The notes below the pieces were generated by a model, which had not been told where the DNA came from, did no database searches, and saw only the letters and a list, made by a program, of their open reading frames with translations. From the NCBI GenBank assembly GCA_028534125.1, contig CM052818.1, forward strand, positions 11,224,001 to 11,288,000: a DNA stretch of 64,000 nucleotides, given 5' to 3'. Source of the stretch: Lama glama (Eukaryota). Made by a program: the position numbers and the translations under genes. How positions within the stretch are numbered: the stretch's first letter is position 1; each line of letters starts with the position of its first letter. Below are positions 11,201-25,199 of the stretch, piece after piece.

Positions 11201-14200
11201 TATTCAAACATAGTGTCGTTTGTACCTTCAATCACTTAGTATTTGATACTCAGGGTAAAATAATATACTCCACAATCGTTGTTTGGGACTATATTTTATT
11301 TTATTTCTTTATCTTTCACAATGAATCGGTCAGAAATTTTCCAGAACAGTAATGTCTCCAGCTGTACTTTCGACCAAAGAACGCTGCCTTGAGACAAGAC
11401 CAAATTTCATTATTATGCGCATGGGAGCAATAAGATTAGCTCCTACTGCTGCCCCTAAGGTGGAGCAGCAGGACGAACCAATGAGATGGTGCTAATGTGC
11501 ATGTTAATAGTATTCTGCTGGAAGAAGTTGGGATAATTAAACGTGTACCGTCTCTTTAAGACAGAGCTGCACACATTTTCTTCGGATGGGTGTTTACAAG
11601 AATTCCAATTTCAGGTCACAGCCATTTCTGAAATTGCTTAAGAAAGAGGTGGGAATAACTTATCTTATTCATGTATTCAAGGTACCTTATAAAATGTGCA
11701 AAACATAACAGTTTTAAGGGGCAAAACATGCATCTTATGTTGACAGAGCTGCTTTATTATGTGTACTGTTGTATACTGACCTAATATGTGGAGCATTTTT
11801 AGCTAATACACCTTGCAGGAAACCAGCCTTTAATGTGATGGATTTTATGGTATCTCATTAGGGTGTGTTTATATAACCTGATACTAAACACGTTTTCAGA
11901 TTCATGTTCCTTATTAAAATTGTGAGCCACATTGATTTTTAGTTGGAACAGCAGCAGAATCATTTTTACTATCAAGAAGGGTGGCTCAGAAGTTATTCCC
12001 AGAGCACAACTGTTCTCCATGCAAACTTGGGAACTTCTCTTTTACAGCTGCAATGAACATGGTCTTCATGGGATGGCCTACTGTCCTCTGATTGCTTAGA
12101 AAGCTCTAGGTTATTGTCTATAATGCGGAATACTTAATTTCCTAGGAAGGTTTTTTTTTTTTTCTGGAAGAAAAAAAAATCCTGCTTATTCTCCTGTTGT
12201 TTTCTCATCAGCATCTTTGATTTTATGAGTTCGCCCCAAATAATAGTGATAGATTGCCCCTGGAGAAGTAAACATGTATCTTCACATCTGAGCTTCTGAG
12301 GTTTTCATAAACTAATGCTACCAGGAACAGCGGTGTTGTTATGAACGTGGCAAGTTCAAAAAAAAAAAAAAAACTCTTAACATTGCAAGTTGTGCTAATC
12401 AAAATAATGACTTTCACATGGTGAAGTCTCCGTTCTATAAACTGATCCTGTGAGGTAACTCAGAAGTCAGCCGTAAATAGTGTCCCAGGGTATTTCAGTG
12501 GAGTCAGGGGCAATAATGACCTAGAGGTACTGTAAATAGTTTAAATGATTGCAAGGTCTTTCTAAGAAATGTAATGTGAGAAGGGAGAGAAATGTTTTTC
12601 CTCCGTTGTGAAGTGAGTGCCCGCTTGGAGGTGATCCAAATTCAGAATGCAAATATTTAGAGAAAAAGACTACCTTTGGAGAAAAGCAAAAACTTTACTT
12701 TTCCTACTTGTTACAGCGAAGCTAGTTAACACAATCCAACCAGGACTGGACAGAGAACATCCAGACAGAAGCACAACTGTGTTTATTTCACGTTCGCCTT
12801 TTAAACTAAAGTCACAAGGCTTTCAGAGGAAAGAGGGAGTCGATTTTCAACAGCAACCTATAGAAAAGCCTGTGGAATGGGTGTCATCACTCGCTGCGGG
12901 TGGAATATTGTCCATCGTGTGAGTTCATTAGAAGCATATTTACAACTTTAACTCCCATCCTGGAATTGAAGTTCACAAGCCTCAGGTCTCGCTGTCTCTA
13001 TTTGGCCTAAGAAATTTGCAGTCAGAACCTGCTCTCAGAAAAGAAGGCGGTTTGTTTCTCTTTATTTTGCCCCCGGCATGCTGTTCATTATTAAACATTA
13101 AAGGTGTGTCAATTGCTTTCATATTTGATTATTATCCCGGTTACTCCACCAGCTAATCAAGTCTTCTTAAAAGCCATGTCTGGCTGTGACTACGAACTGA
13201 TGGACAGAATAGAATTATTTGGGCTTTTTTGTTTCCCAGGCACCCAGAGCATCTGGCTATTTTAACTCACCCCCACCATCCCACTCACTACCCACTACCG
13301 CCATCCCCGAATAAGATTACGGGATGACTAACCCATTTATTTTAACCGATATGGAATTGGACTTTCGAAGTTACTCTTTGGCTGAATGCAAGAGCCAGGT
13401 TCATGGCCTTGTTTGAAATGGGGATGAACTGAGTTATCCTGAGGGCAACTCTGTTGTTGTATTAACAGCTTCACAGCTATTCGGCCTGAGGTGTAATTAT
13501 TTTACCATTATTACATGCAAAGCTTTTAACAAAAGAGTCGTTCCCTCCATTTAAACAGAGAGTTTTATAATTTATTACATCGCTTTGGTCATCAACACAC
13601 TATACAAACAGTTGGCCACCAGTGACCAATTACATTAAGGTTAAGCAACATAACTTTAAATTAGAAATAAGCTTAATGTATCTTCATCAAGGGCCTGCTG
13701 TGTTTTCACTGCTGTTTATGAGATGATACTAAATGTGGATATAGAGCACGCTCACTGGGACCAATTCCTCCCGGCCTGAAAATGGGGAAGTCTCGAGTGT
13801 ACTCGGGTCCGGAGCTAATTAATGGGCTAACATCTGCTTTAAGCATTCAGCTGGAGTAATTTCTATCAACTTTCCAGTGAAGGTGCAGGGGAAACTGCCA
13901 GAGAACTATGTATCTATCATGAGCCACAGTCATCTGGAACAGGACCGCCAAAGGCACATTTCAGTCCTGGCTTTGCATTTATTTAGGGGGTGGCTGTGGT
14001 CAGCGTGGGGTGTCCTCCTGGTCTCCCTTTCTTCAGCCTGTGAGTAATTGTAGGGGTTCATAAGCTAATAACCTATTATATATGCACAGAAGCCAGGGAG
14101 CTGTTCACATTTTCAAAAATTCAGCGTAGAAGAGATAAAAGACAGGAATAAAACAGCCATGTTCCTTCTGAAACAATCAGTTTTCGCCACAAAGACATTT

Positions 14201-15659
14201 ATGTTGTTTTATCGTATTACTTAAAAACGCAGCAGGATTTGCTAAAGAGAAACACCGGTACTGTAAAGCAAGCTTCCGGAGGGATAAGCCCACTTATTTC
14301 GTGTTATTTCATGTTATCAGCTCTTGTACAACATGATTCCAGCCTTAGTAGTGACTGAAGAAAGGCACCTGTCCTGTGTAGTCGTTTACATACAGCCGAC
14401 CCGAACGGCGGGGGAAGACTTACACTCTGACAGCTTAAAGTAAGTGATGTCTGTGGAAGCAGCCATGACTTCAGCTGGTTCAGCTGAGGTTTGCAACAAT
14501 TCTAATTCTTTATTCATGTACTTATTTTTGTTTGTTTGTTCATTTGTTTCCCAGGGAAGTAGGACAAAGAGATCGTTTTAATTAAGATTTCAGGAGGACG
14601 TGTTTCCATACCGTCTGCTCCTTTGGAGTAAATCCTGGAATAAGTACGCTTTCTCTACAGCCACACAGTCACGCAGACAGCACGAAGCTTTATGAGTCCG
14701 ATGGTCAATACAAAGACAGAGGGAAAATAACACCTTGTTTTTAGTGTGGGAGCTGAACTATGCTGATGCCACTTGTTAAAAATCATGGACCCAACAAATG
14801 GCGTACATAAAATATGATCCTGAGGAAGGAGTTATAATCACGACCATTCACCTTTACCTGGAAGCTGATAGTGTCAAAGGCCAAATGTCGGCACACAGTG
14901 AGTATTGTAGGGAAATTCATTGTCTAAAATCCCACAGCCTCCCAAAAAGGGTGTTGCTCAGGATTTTCTGTGGAAATGAAACTGAGAGGAGAATCGGGAT
15001 ATTTTTAAAAGAACCTTAACACCTATACCATTGGGGGGGGGGGGAGTCAGCATTTTCTTTAGATATTTAACAATCTTATGAAATTTTTAATATTACTAAA
15101 TTGAAGTCGTGGCTGTCCCCAACTCACATTATTTACGCAATAATCTCGCCGTAAACTAATAAGTTGTGTTGGTTAATTGCCAAGCTATTTTGCATACAGT
15201 TAAGTTGTGCATATAAAACTACGCATGATGAAACATGTAGTATTTTATAACTCAAAGCAACTAACATGCTCATACCTAATGCAGGCACACACACTGTAAC
15301 CCGGGACAAATTGCTCGTGTTAGTTACTACCACAGGCTGGCAGGCCAGAAAATACATTTGGTGCCTAATATGCATAAGCGCAGAAATATGGTCGGGCTCA
15401 TTACTGTAATAAAGTCATGATTTGCCAGCAGGATCAGTAGAAACACACTTGAAGCAGTCTGTCCCTTCGACTAGCTCGTGTGCCATCAAGCAATAAGGTG
15501 GTAACAAGGGTGAATCCCTAATTCAGTTGGGCTACCTTGTCTGGGCTGTTTGAACCCTTATTTGCCTTAAGGGGCCCATTTGCTTGTCCTAATGTGTACA
15601 CAGTGATAATGTAGCCATTTGTGCAATAAGAAAAGTCTGCAAAAGGTAGTCTGCTCTGT

Positions 15660-16250
15660 GATAAAAACGTGAGGGAGCAGGCGCGTGGAGAACCGGCAGC
15701 TGTCGGGCCAAGCACGTCGTTCCGCGGAGGTGTCTTCAAGTCAGAGCGGTGGCTTTGGAAAGCGCTTGAGAGTGAGCCGAGGAGGGGACCGGTAAAAGGC
15801 CTAATGGGTTTCTTTTTAGTGCTGTGATGAAATTAGAAGCAGGCTGATGAAAGGAAATGCCTTGGGTCCTCGGCTGGAAATTTCCATATTATAGAAAAGA
15901 CTTGAAAAATTATAGAATTTACTTTGAGTAGAAGGCAGTGATGAGGCAAGTTTGCTGGTTGGAGGGGAGGCACAAAGGGGCCATCTCCTGTGGGCAGGGG
16001 CCTTCAGTAGTCACACAGGGAAATGTGAGGGAAAAGAGGCAGGCAGGGTGGCCCCGAAATGGGCCATGGTGCCCCTCCCGCCGCAAACCCCTCCGGCAGC
16101 TCAGAGCCCTGTTGTCGCCGCCGCAGCCACCACAGGGCTTGGGAAGGGCCCCCCCGACGGCAGAGGGCTAGAGCGTGGAGGTCCGGGTGTGAGGTCCGCT
16201 GGCCGAAACGTCAACGATCAAGGGCACATATCTTACTCTCGCTCCTAGCT
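15660..16250. promoter_or_regulatory. CpG/GC-enriched segment (small CpG-island-like element)
   Basis: Visibly more CpG than the flanks (ggcgcgtgg, cacgtcgttccgcgg, gtcgccgccgc) and not a recognisable repeat; CpG observed/expected not computed. Confidence 0.4.
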
Positions 16251-18914
16251 TGTATTCCTTTTCTAGCTTTTAATGAAAGCTTGTTCTGTATTCTTACAGG
16301 CCCCTTAACAGGCTGAGGACCTGGAGGTGGAGTATAAGGAAGAAAACTACTGAACGAGGTATCTGTAGAGCACACGTCTTTCCCAGGGTCTGGAAGAAAT
16401 GCTACTCACCAATTAGCAAAAGATAATTCAGAGATGTGCACATTCCGTTTCCAGCGTCATTCACCACACTTTCCTGTGATACATACCAAGAGTGCCAAGG
16501 AGACCGCGTTGCTCTGGCCAACCTCAATTAACTGCTTCTCGGAACACTGTGCTGAGAAAGACTCTGAGTGCCCTGCGGTCTCACAGGCCCGCGGAGGAGA
16601 GTGGAGCCCGAGCTCCGGCTCTCACCCACAGGGGCCCCGTTTCTAGCTCCTGATGGTCGTTCACAGCAACCCGTCCTCTCTCACCCGAGATGCCCTTCTG
16701 CGTCCCTCCTTCGTTAAGAGGCAACTCCGCGGGACATGTTCAGCCCTTCTGCATCTGGGCGTGCTAGGAACTTTGGGTGAGGCTATCTGAAGATTCATTA
16801 TATATCATATATACTATTAATTATGCTTCTGTTGCCCATATTATTAGCAAGCAAGGAGCACATCCGGGTTGGCCTAATGGGAAAATGGAGAAGACCGCTC
16901 TCTGGGGAGTGTTGTTTGCAGGGATTCAGAATACTTGCAGCCCACCGCCGGTATTTCCATCTGGCCTTCTGTGATGTCTCAGACACCATCAGAACTGCTA
17001 CTATGAGTTGACGTGTCATCTCCACGATGCCCCAGATTGAAGGCAACAAACTGCTAGGCAGGGGGCACACTTTACATCAGTCACCCTATTCCCTATTATC
17101 AGATCAGCTAGTAACTTCCAAAGTGAGGACAGGAGTCTAAGGGAAATGCAGGATTTTTTCTTTACTATTTTAAAGAAATGGGACATGGACAGTATAGGAC
17201 TATTAGCAGCAAAGAACTACGCTGGGAAAGGCCTCTCCAGACTGAGCTGCCCGTGAAGGCTCTGGGTTCCTGAGAATAATGGATGTCAGAACAGAACAAC
17301 ACACATTTTTTACCTACTTCCTAGATGCTCTGGGATCTGTTGCATGCCACGTAGGCACAGCAGAGCAGATGTTTCAGGGTCACAGATAAAATGGCTTAGT
17401 ATGGGAGATCCTACTCTACTTTAAGAGACCACTTATCTTTGTTTTTACTTATCAAAATTTTGTGGAAAAAAATGTGATTTTTCACTGTAGATCAGAAGAA
17501 ACAGAACTATAGCTGGTGTGTTTCCATTTATGTAGCTTGGAGAGCGTTGTCACATTTCTGAGAAGTCAATGTTTTTTCCCCCACGTGGGCACTTTCGTTA
17601 TCACATTTTATCACCGTGAAACCTGCCCCACCCCCCACGCTCTGCTTATAAGCAGAGTCTCTGACCTTGAAGTGCTTATGCCGTCATGGAAGACGACAGA
17701 CGAGACACAGAGAAGGGGGCGCCTGCCAAGACTCAATGTTATAAACATCCCAGCAGAGTGGCAAACAAACAGCAGGCCACTGGTCAGGGCGTCGTGACCT
17801 GCCTGGGCCCCCGAGGGAGACAGGCCGAGCCCAGCTCAGCCGTGGGCCAGCCTTTGGGAAGGGGCCTAAGACAGGCCTTGGGAAGACACTCGGGCCTGGT
17901 CCTTCAGAGCAGAGGCTGTAGTGCACCCTGGGAAGAAAGCCTCCTGCAGTCGAAGCGCACACATCAGCCGGGACCACCACTTGTGGCCACGTTGGTCCCA
18001 GGTGCTCCCTTTTCCAGGCTGGGCCTTCTACACTTGCAGTTCCCAGGGGAGACCCTGGTACAAGGCGACAAAAACAGGTATTGATGTTTGTTCTACGGGC
18101 GTTTCTGTACTCCGACTTTTCTTGTCTTTCTTGCTCCCCGCACCCCCGCTTCCTCCCACCCCCGACTGCCGCCTCCCTAAGGTCTCCCAGGATGTGATCT
18201 ACTGACCTGGGTGCTGAGGCTGGATTTGAAATCTTCTGAAGGGTCCTTAACATGCCAGAGTTAACAGGCCTGCCTGGGCCAGCTGTCGTCCCAGAGCTGC
18301 CACGAACTCCGTGGATTGTTTGGCAATAAAAATCAGCTATAAAAGTGTGAAAAATACCAGAGACCCAAATGGGAGAGGGAGGAAAAAGGGGGGAATGGCT
18401 CTTACACCCTTTTAGTGGACATCTGATTTATTTTTTAAATGGAAAAGCCACTTTTATAGCGACTGTAGTTCAATTATCTCTAATTTTATACATTTTATGC
18501 AAATTCTCAGCATCTTAATTGCAAATGAGAAGGAAACTTATTTTTTAAAGCCGAAAAACAAGGTATAGTTTCGTATTTTCTTTTCAATTTTTAATTCCTA
18601 TTCTTGGTTCAGCACCATTAAACTTTTAAAACTCTTTCTACACAGTTGTTTAAAATGATGTGTGATTTAAAGCACACTTGCATGTTCACAAACACCCATA
18701 GCCTTAAACAAGTAGCCAGTTTTATTCCTAGACCTCACTCTCCCTCTTGGAGAAGACTTTGAGGTTCTCCTACACATAGTTTGACTGCAAAAGGACGTAC
18801 TCAGAAGGCCTCACAAAGAAGCTTGGTGTCTTACGAATCAAGCACATTGGAATATATTCCAAGCATCAAGATACCTGCCTGCAGGCTTTCTGCTTAGCTG
18901 CCCAGATTGCTAAC

Positions 18915-19117
18915 CAGGAGCCTGCTGGTCGATGCGTGACAACCAACTCCCTGGAGAGAGGTGACAGCTAGCTCTCTGACTTACAGTGCTTGCCAATTTC
19001 CATGGTGTAAACACTCCATGGCCCAGTTTCAGCTACCAACACGATACAGCTGAACCGAAGGTGGGGAAGGTGGGGTCCATTGGTTCTTGTGAGCAGAGCC
19101 GGCCCCAGCCACCACCG
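18915..19117 (-). mobile_element. MER63A-like hAT-Blackjack DNA transposon
   Basis: ttgccaatttccatggtgtaaacactcc, tttcagctaccaac, gctgaaccgaaggtggggaag and gagccggccccagccaccaccg match the reverse complement of the recalled MER63 consensus. Confidence 0.8.
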
Positions 19118-19612
19118 CCTGCAGCAATTCAGACCTGCTTCACGGATTTCAATGGGCTTTCCTCTAATTTGGGGTCTCTAGAGGTAAAAACCGACGGAAA
19201 ACACATTTTCCACATTGGATAAAGATTTCAAAGATTTTTATGAACTGACAGGACACTTAGCAGTATGCTAACAAATGTGGAGTCATGAGTTTTAGTCAAG
19301 CACCTGGCAATTGCCAGCCACCTACCCTGTGCCACATCTTTGCCACTGAGTCTGTTTCTTCCGGTCTAAAATGCGAATAAGAAATTTGTTGCGTTGTGGG
19401 CCCATCTTCTTGACAAACTGAAAGGGACAGGCAAGTAAAAGCTAAATATCTTTGTGGTTTATTTAAGAGTTATTGGTGTAGTCAACAAATATGTCTTGAT
19501 GTCACCATAGGAAACACAAAGATGTACATAATAGAATACATAGAATTAGTTTTCAATAGACAGTGATTAGTGTTTTCATGAGGAAATTCTGCAGCCATAC
19601 GTGGGAAATTTA

Positions 19613-19978
19613 TTTATTATTGAAATACAGTCTATTTACAATGCTGTTAGTTTCTGGTATACAGCATAGTGATTCAGTTTTAGATATAGATACAGATATA
19701 ATATTCCTTTTTATTACAGGTTATTACAAGACATTGAATATAGTTCCCCATGCTCTATAGTATGACCTTGCTGTTTATTTATTTTACATATAGTAGTTAG
19801 TACCTGAAAATCCCGAACTCCCGATTTATCCTTTCACCCTCTTCTTACCCCTTGGTAACCATAAGCTGGTTTTCTATGTCTGTGAGTCTGTTTCTGTATT
19901 GTAAATAAGTTCATTTTTGTCTTTTTTTTTTTTTAGATTCCACATGTAAGTGATATCATATGGCATTTGTATTTTTCT
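19613..19978 (-). mobile_element. L1 3' end (cetartiodactyl-type, 5'-truncated) with 9-bp TSD
   Basis: tttctggtatacagcatagtgattcag, ttattacaagacattgaatatagttccc, ctgtgagtctgtttctg, tagattccacatgtaagtgatatcata; GGAAATTTA at 19604-19612 and 19979-19987. Confidence 0.92.
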
Positions 19979-22230
19979 GGAAATTTAAGTATTTTTCTGT
20001 ACACTGAATCTTGAGAAAAACCAGTCAGGAAATCAGGAAAAGGGGCCAACTGTCTTGTGAGGGTTAGGCCTGATTTGGATGTGTGCTAGACTTCCCACTG
20101 GAAAGGGCCAGGGGAGCACTGAGATGGCTCTGATTAAGACTCTCTGGGAGGGAGGACAGAGGAGGGCCCACAAAAGGCTTCAAATCGGGCAGTGAGCGGG
20201 CCCCCAGCCCTCGTCACCTCCACCCGCCGTTACCAACAATATCACGCTGGATCCTTCGTCGGTGGCCCACGCAAACATTTTGTGGCCAAGAGTCTTTCCA
20301 GTCTGGGTCTCCCTTTTCTTACCCACCATATTTCATCCTAGCACATGGAGCAGAGGGAACACAATCATGTGCCTCTGACGAAAATCCAGACTTCAGACTC
20401 CAGAATCCAGAAAACAGAAGTAAGTGAGAGCAGAAAGGAAGGCTGTGAGTGGAGCGCTTCTCACCAGCCCTCGGCCTGACAAGGACGAGGCCTGCTCCCA
20501 CCAACACCGGACTCCAGGCAGCCGGCCCGAGACTTACTTTTTCCTGAAGGAAAATGAAGAGGACGTGTGAGTCCCCGGCTTTTACTTCTCTTTCCGCCTT
20601 TGCCTTTGTGACTTCATGCTGGTTTGCAATTTGTGTCTTCACCACTGTAGTTAATTCCAGACACAGTCGATCAACTCATAGCCTCCTTAGTAATGGAAGT
20701 GCCTCTACATCAAACTGCGTAACGCTCAGCCCTTGGATGGAGAGAACCCCTCCTGGTCCTTTCGTCTTGTATTTAGCTGGCTACCCTTCACTGAAGTTGC
20801 ATTTATAGCATAATTAATGAAGCAGGCTCTTCTTCTGACTTGCCTAAATAGCTATGCCAGGTGACTGGGAAACGCTGTCTATTTATCAGGAAGCACCACT
20901 GCCCAAATGGTCTGAGCCCTTTCTCCACAAGCCCAGGCAGCCAAAATATTCTGCCTCGAGTACATGACTGAAACCTGACAGGCTGAAAAATACACATGCC
21001 TCATAATGCATGTCAACAATTTTACTACCTGGTACAAATGGAAACTTGCTGAATTTATTCCTTAAAATGCTTTTTATGCTTTTCTTGGTTCTGGCTTAGT
21101 GGTAATGTATTTAAATGTCTGGGAGAAATATTCAAAAGAATGAAACACATAACTTTACTTGAGATGCCTACATTTCAACCCAAATACTGGCAGATCAGTG
21201 AGTATCTGGGTTAATACTCTCCTTATTTGATTAGGATAATCCACCGAGACACTGACTCTTTCCTTCAGGTTCTGCCTTTTAACCAATCAATATTTTTAGG
21301 GTTATCGTTTTCAGAAGGCAGGTGATAATTTTGGAAATAACATCTCAAGGTGCTACCGACATTGAGATGCATATCTGATCTGTTCTTGGAGTGACAGGAC
21401 GCAGCGAGGCTGGAAACGCCCTCCCGGAGTTATAGGCACGTGTGCACATCGACATCCACGATGCCACTAACCTTTAAGTTCTTCATGCTAAGGGATGGAA
21501 TTAGCACACTGGTTCTGACCAATGTCAATGCAGATGTGGAAACTGAAGAGGTGGGCAGTGACTCCCTTTCCCTCAGATGGTCCTGTCCCCTCAGGGTAGA
21601 GGAACCCCGAGAAGGAAAGGAAAGAAGCAGCTCTCCACCCAAGGATCAGCGGCAGGGACGGGGACAGCAGCAGCAGCGAGCTGGTCATTCACCCACAATA
21701 GCACATGCCACTACCTGCTCGGGGGCGGGGGGTCCCATGAGAACCAGGCGGTGGGGGCAAACAGAGGGGAAAGCGCTAGACTTGGGGTTTTCAGAATGTC
21801 ATTAAAACGTATCTATTTTAATTTCACACGACTGAAATTATCTGCTGCTTCATATTAATTTTGCCTTGACTGAAATTAGTTGTCAGACCTCTGTTTATAG
21901 CCTAATTACCTTTTTTCCTGAGGAAAAAAAAAGGAAGGAAAAGAGATTACAATAAATGTGTAATGGAAAATCTCCGCGTTTGCAGTGTGAGTGTAGACTG
22001 GGGACGTCTAGGAACAGGGTTTCAAAATAATCTGAACAAATCTGGAGGAGCCTTGTACTTCTCAGAAGACTTGGAGAGCGCTGGTTCTCCCCTTCGCGTC
22101 AGGGCCGTGGTTATGACCGGTGGCCACAAACGCTGGTGAGCAGTGCTCAGGCAGCCAGGACTCGGCGGCGTCGAGGGCAGTCCGCCCCCTGAGCCAGCCG
22201 GCTGCAGGACCGAGTGTTCACACTCAAGAC

Positions 22231-22451
22231 CGCGGGCTGGCCACGTTTTGTGTTAAAGGCCAACTTGCAAATATTTCAGTCTTTCCGGCCACAGAGTCTC
22301 GATCCCAACTGCTCTGCACTGCTGTTGCAGAACAAAAAAACCATTGACAGTATGCAAACAAATGAGTGTGACTGTGTTCCAATCAAATTTTATTTACAAA
22401 GGCAGGCGGTAGGCCAGATCTGGCTCACAGGCTATGGTTTGCCAAGCCCTG
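22231..22451 (-). mobile_element. MER58A full-length hAT transposon with 8-bp TSD
   Basis: aaatgagtgtgactgtgttccaatcaaattttatttacaaa...ggccagatctggctcacaggctatggtttgccaagccctg; flanks CTCAAGAC and CTCAGGAC (7/8 identical). Confidence 0.9.
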
Positions 22452-23779
22452 CTCAGGACAATTCAACCACTGGAACTTGGGAAGAAACCAGTGTACGCAC
22501 AGCATGGCACAGAGTAAGGGTTCAAAAAATGTAGTTTGAACCAAAATAAGTATCAATGAAACTAAAAAGAAAAGCAAAGAAAAAAAGCCAACCAAAGAAA
22601 AAAGCTTTACTCAATAGTAGAAATATGGAACTACCTCCAAGTCAGAATCCATGGCTTTAAAAAAAACTACTGTTCAAGTGTTTTCTTAAAATCAACAAAA
22701 AGTAGTAGTAGATGAACATGGTGAGAACCCAGAGGCAAGATAATCACATCCACTCTGCTTACCAGAGCTTTCTGAAGGCAAAAAGCAAAATTCTCTGCAC
22801 AATTAGCCAGAGAGCAGGGCACCCTACTATGACATGAGGGAACATTGCAGGAAGTGTTGACTAAGGGCAATGTGAAGTGTGTTTTTTAAAGATACGCATC
22901 AAAATGAGCAGCGCTTAAAAATTATCTCCCTTGAAAGGATGCGCTTCAATGATGTCATAAAGAAGCACCAGGTTTGGGAGGAAAGGTCTGGGTCTCTATC
23001 TTGGTACTGCTCCTCAGCTCCCATCTGCATTACAAGGGTTGGGCCAGATGATCCGTGGTACCCAGACCACGAGTCTAAACTCCTATGATCCCAATGCTAG
23101 CTTCACCTATTTGTTTGTTTGGTTGGTTTTTTTAGTTAGAGGATCCATGACTTACTCTATTATGCTTTTTACCTAAGGGTGAAATGTTGAACTGCCTTTG
23201 CTTTCTCCTCTACTGAGCAAGTTTTCCTTCCACTCCACCCCCTCACAGCAAGACTCCCCTTAAATGTTACGGCAGCCCATCTTCCCCGCAGGTAGCCAGG
23301 GACAGGACGCACAGTCAGGACAGCAGCCAGAGGCCCCTCCCCAGGCCGAGCCTGCCAAGTCCTCCCTGGAGTCCCCAGCAGCCCTCAGCTGGAGGGGCTT
23401 TCCCCACTCAGTGCCTGGACCATTGCCAAGAAGATCTGTCCAGCTGTAAGGCTGATTTTATATAGTTATTTTCACTTATTTTTTATTTCACAAGATGTAA
23501 ACGAATCTGTTTAACTAGGAAATCACGTCCCTTGAAAGTGATTATAACCTAATTTGACATGCAGTATTTGTGTACTTATTTTAGTGTTATGATGCATTCA
23601 CTGTGTTTACATAAATAGAGATTTCTGTATAATTACTACAAGATAATGTAAAGAGTTAATCACATGAAATCCCCTAAAATCTCATTTGGATGAATTTTTT
23701 TTTGACTTGAATTCCAAAATGTTCTCTAAATCTCTTTTTGAGAGCCTTTCAGAAACATCTACTTTTGTTATCCGTTCTT

Positions 23780-23900
23780 GCTTGCTCATTAATTGATACA
23801 GTCAGATAATTTCCTGTGTGCCCAATATGTACACAGACACCAATAAAGATAAAAATGGACACACCTACTGCCTTCGAGAGCATTGATCTAAACAAGTCTG
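23780..23900 (-). mobile_element. L2 3' fragment, degenerate
   Basis: Decayed L2 3'-end pattern ending in cctactgccttcgagagcattgatcta. Confidence 0.4.
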
Positions 23901-25199
23901 GAAGCACTTCTCGAGGAAAGGTAAACTCTGCCTTGATCTTGTCTGCTGATCTTTGATAATCACTACGTTTTCTTCATGAAAAATACAATGGAAAAAATAT
24001 ACAAGAATACTTTGCATAAAAACAAATAGCAAGAGAAGAGAGAGAGGCAAAATTAAATGAAATTCTAGAGGAAGGGCTGCAAATATTTTAAAGTTTTCCT
24101 TCTTTTTATATTTTATTGATGAGGAGAGGAATTCCCCCCAAACTGGAATATTTTACTAAAACTAGGAACAATTACATAAAGAACAATCCAATAGCTCTTT
24201 ACTTTTATATCAGTTTAGGAAAGATCTATTTGTCTGTCTTCCTGAGGTTAAGTAAATTGTTCTCTTTGCACTCATTTGCTTTCATTCATTCCACTTGTAC
24301 CATATGCTCAGCTCTGTCTTAGCATTTTTGAGGGTTAAAAATTAGGTAACAAGTCCTGACAAAGTATACAAAGCTGTGTGTATGGCGAAGATAAGCATGG
24401 AAAAATGTCTACCACGGCATCTGTAGATGCTGGACAGGTGAGATGTCACTGCACGCGTGCACTTTAAAGCATCATCCTCTCATCACTTTCTCTGGACGCT
24501 GCACACTCGGGTGAACCAGGGATGCGAAAGCACCTTCATTTCTCCTGGGAATGTTATTCCTCCATCACCACGTTCCAAACCTTCTCTCAAATCCTTGGGC
24601 TCTTTTCTTTATTGTGTTTTCTAGAAGGCAAATGACACATAGACATAGTTAAAAGGTAATGTCATCAATGAAACAGAACAACAATTGTTTTTAGGATGAA
24701 TTCCATACAATTCCTATCCAAAATTTGTCAGAATAAAACACAGAGATTCAGGAATAAAACAGATTACAGGTCTTGCCTCTGGTCTCCTTAAAAAAAAAAT
24801 CCATGCCACTGTTTTAAACATAGGGTCCCAGCACTTTGATGCAATTTTATTCAAATCAGTGAAAACTGACTCAAGCCCTTGGTATGCCCAATAGTTTGTA
24901 AGTTCAATTAGTTTACTTCAAAAGAAGGAATAAAAAGTGCACATCATTTGGCAGTGAGGTCCACACAACTAAAACACACCATGTATTATACTGAGCGTGG
25001 TCTTATACAACTATGTGTTCAACTGTTTATTTATTTGCAAACTATTTCTGTAATTGAATTATTCTCAAAGCGTCAATTAGGCAACCCTTAAGACAACACC
25101 CCACAGGTAAGTGGACTGACCACGCACAGCCTATTTGCTGTGCACGTCTTTCATGCGGGTCCAGGTTCCATGCTGTCCTCCCATCACAGGTGCAGGAGC

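Noticed and set aside
11445..11470. CTCF-like motif ctgcccctaaggtggagc (similar weak matches near 60105 and 63125)
   Set aside because: Spacing or core mismatches against the CCASYAGRKGGCR consensus
14468..14490. Short hairpin cttcagctg-gtt-cagctgagg
   Set aside because: Stem too short for a miRNA or snoRNA and no box motifs
21380..21805. Coding-looking stretch, possible exon or processed pseudogene
   Set aside because: Translations match no protein I recognise; no convincing splice-site pair, poly-A tail or TSD
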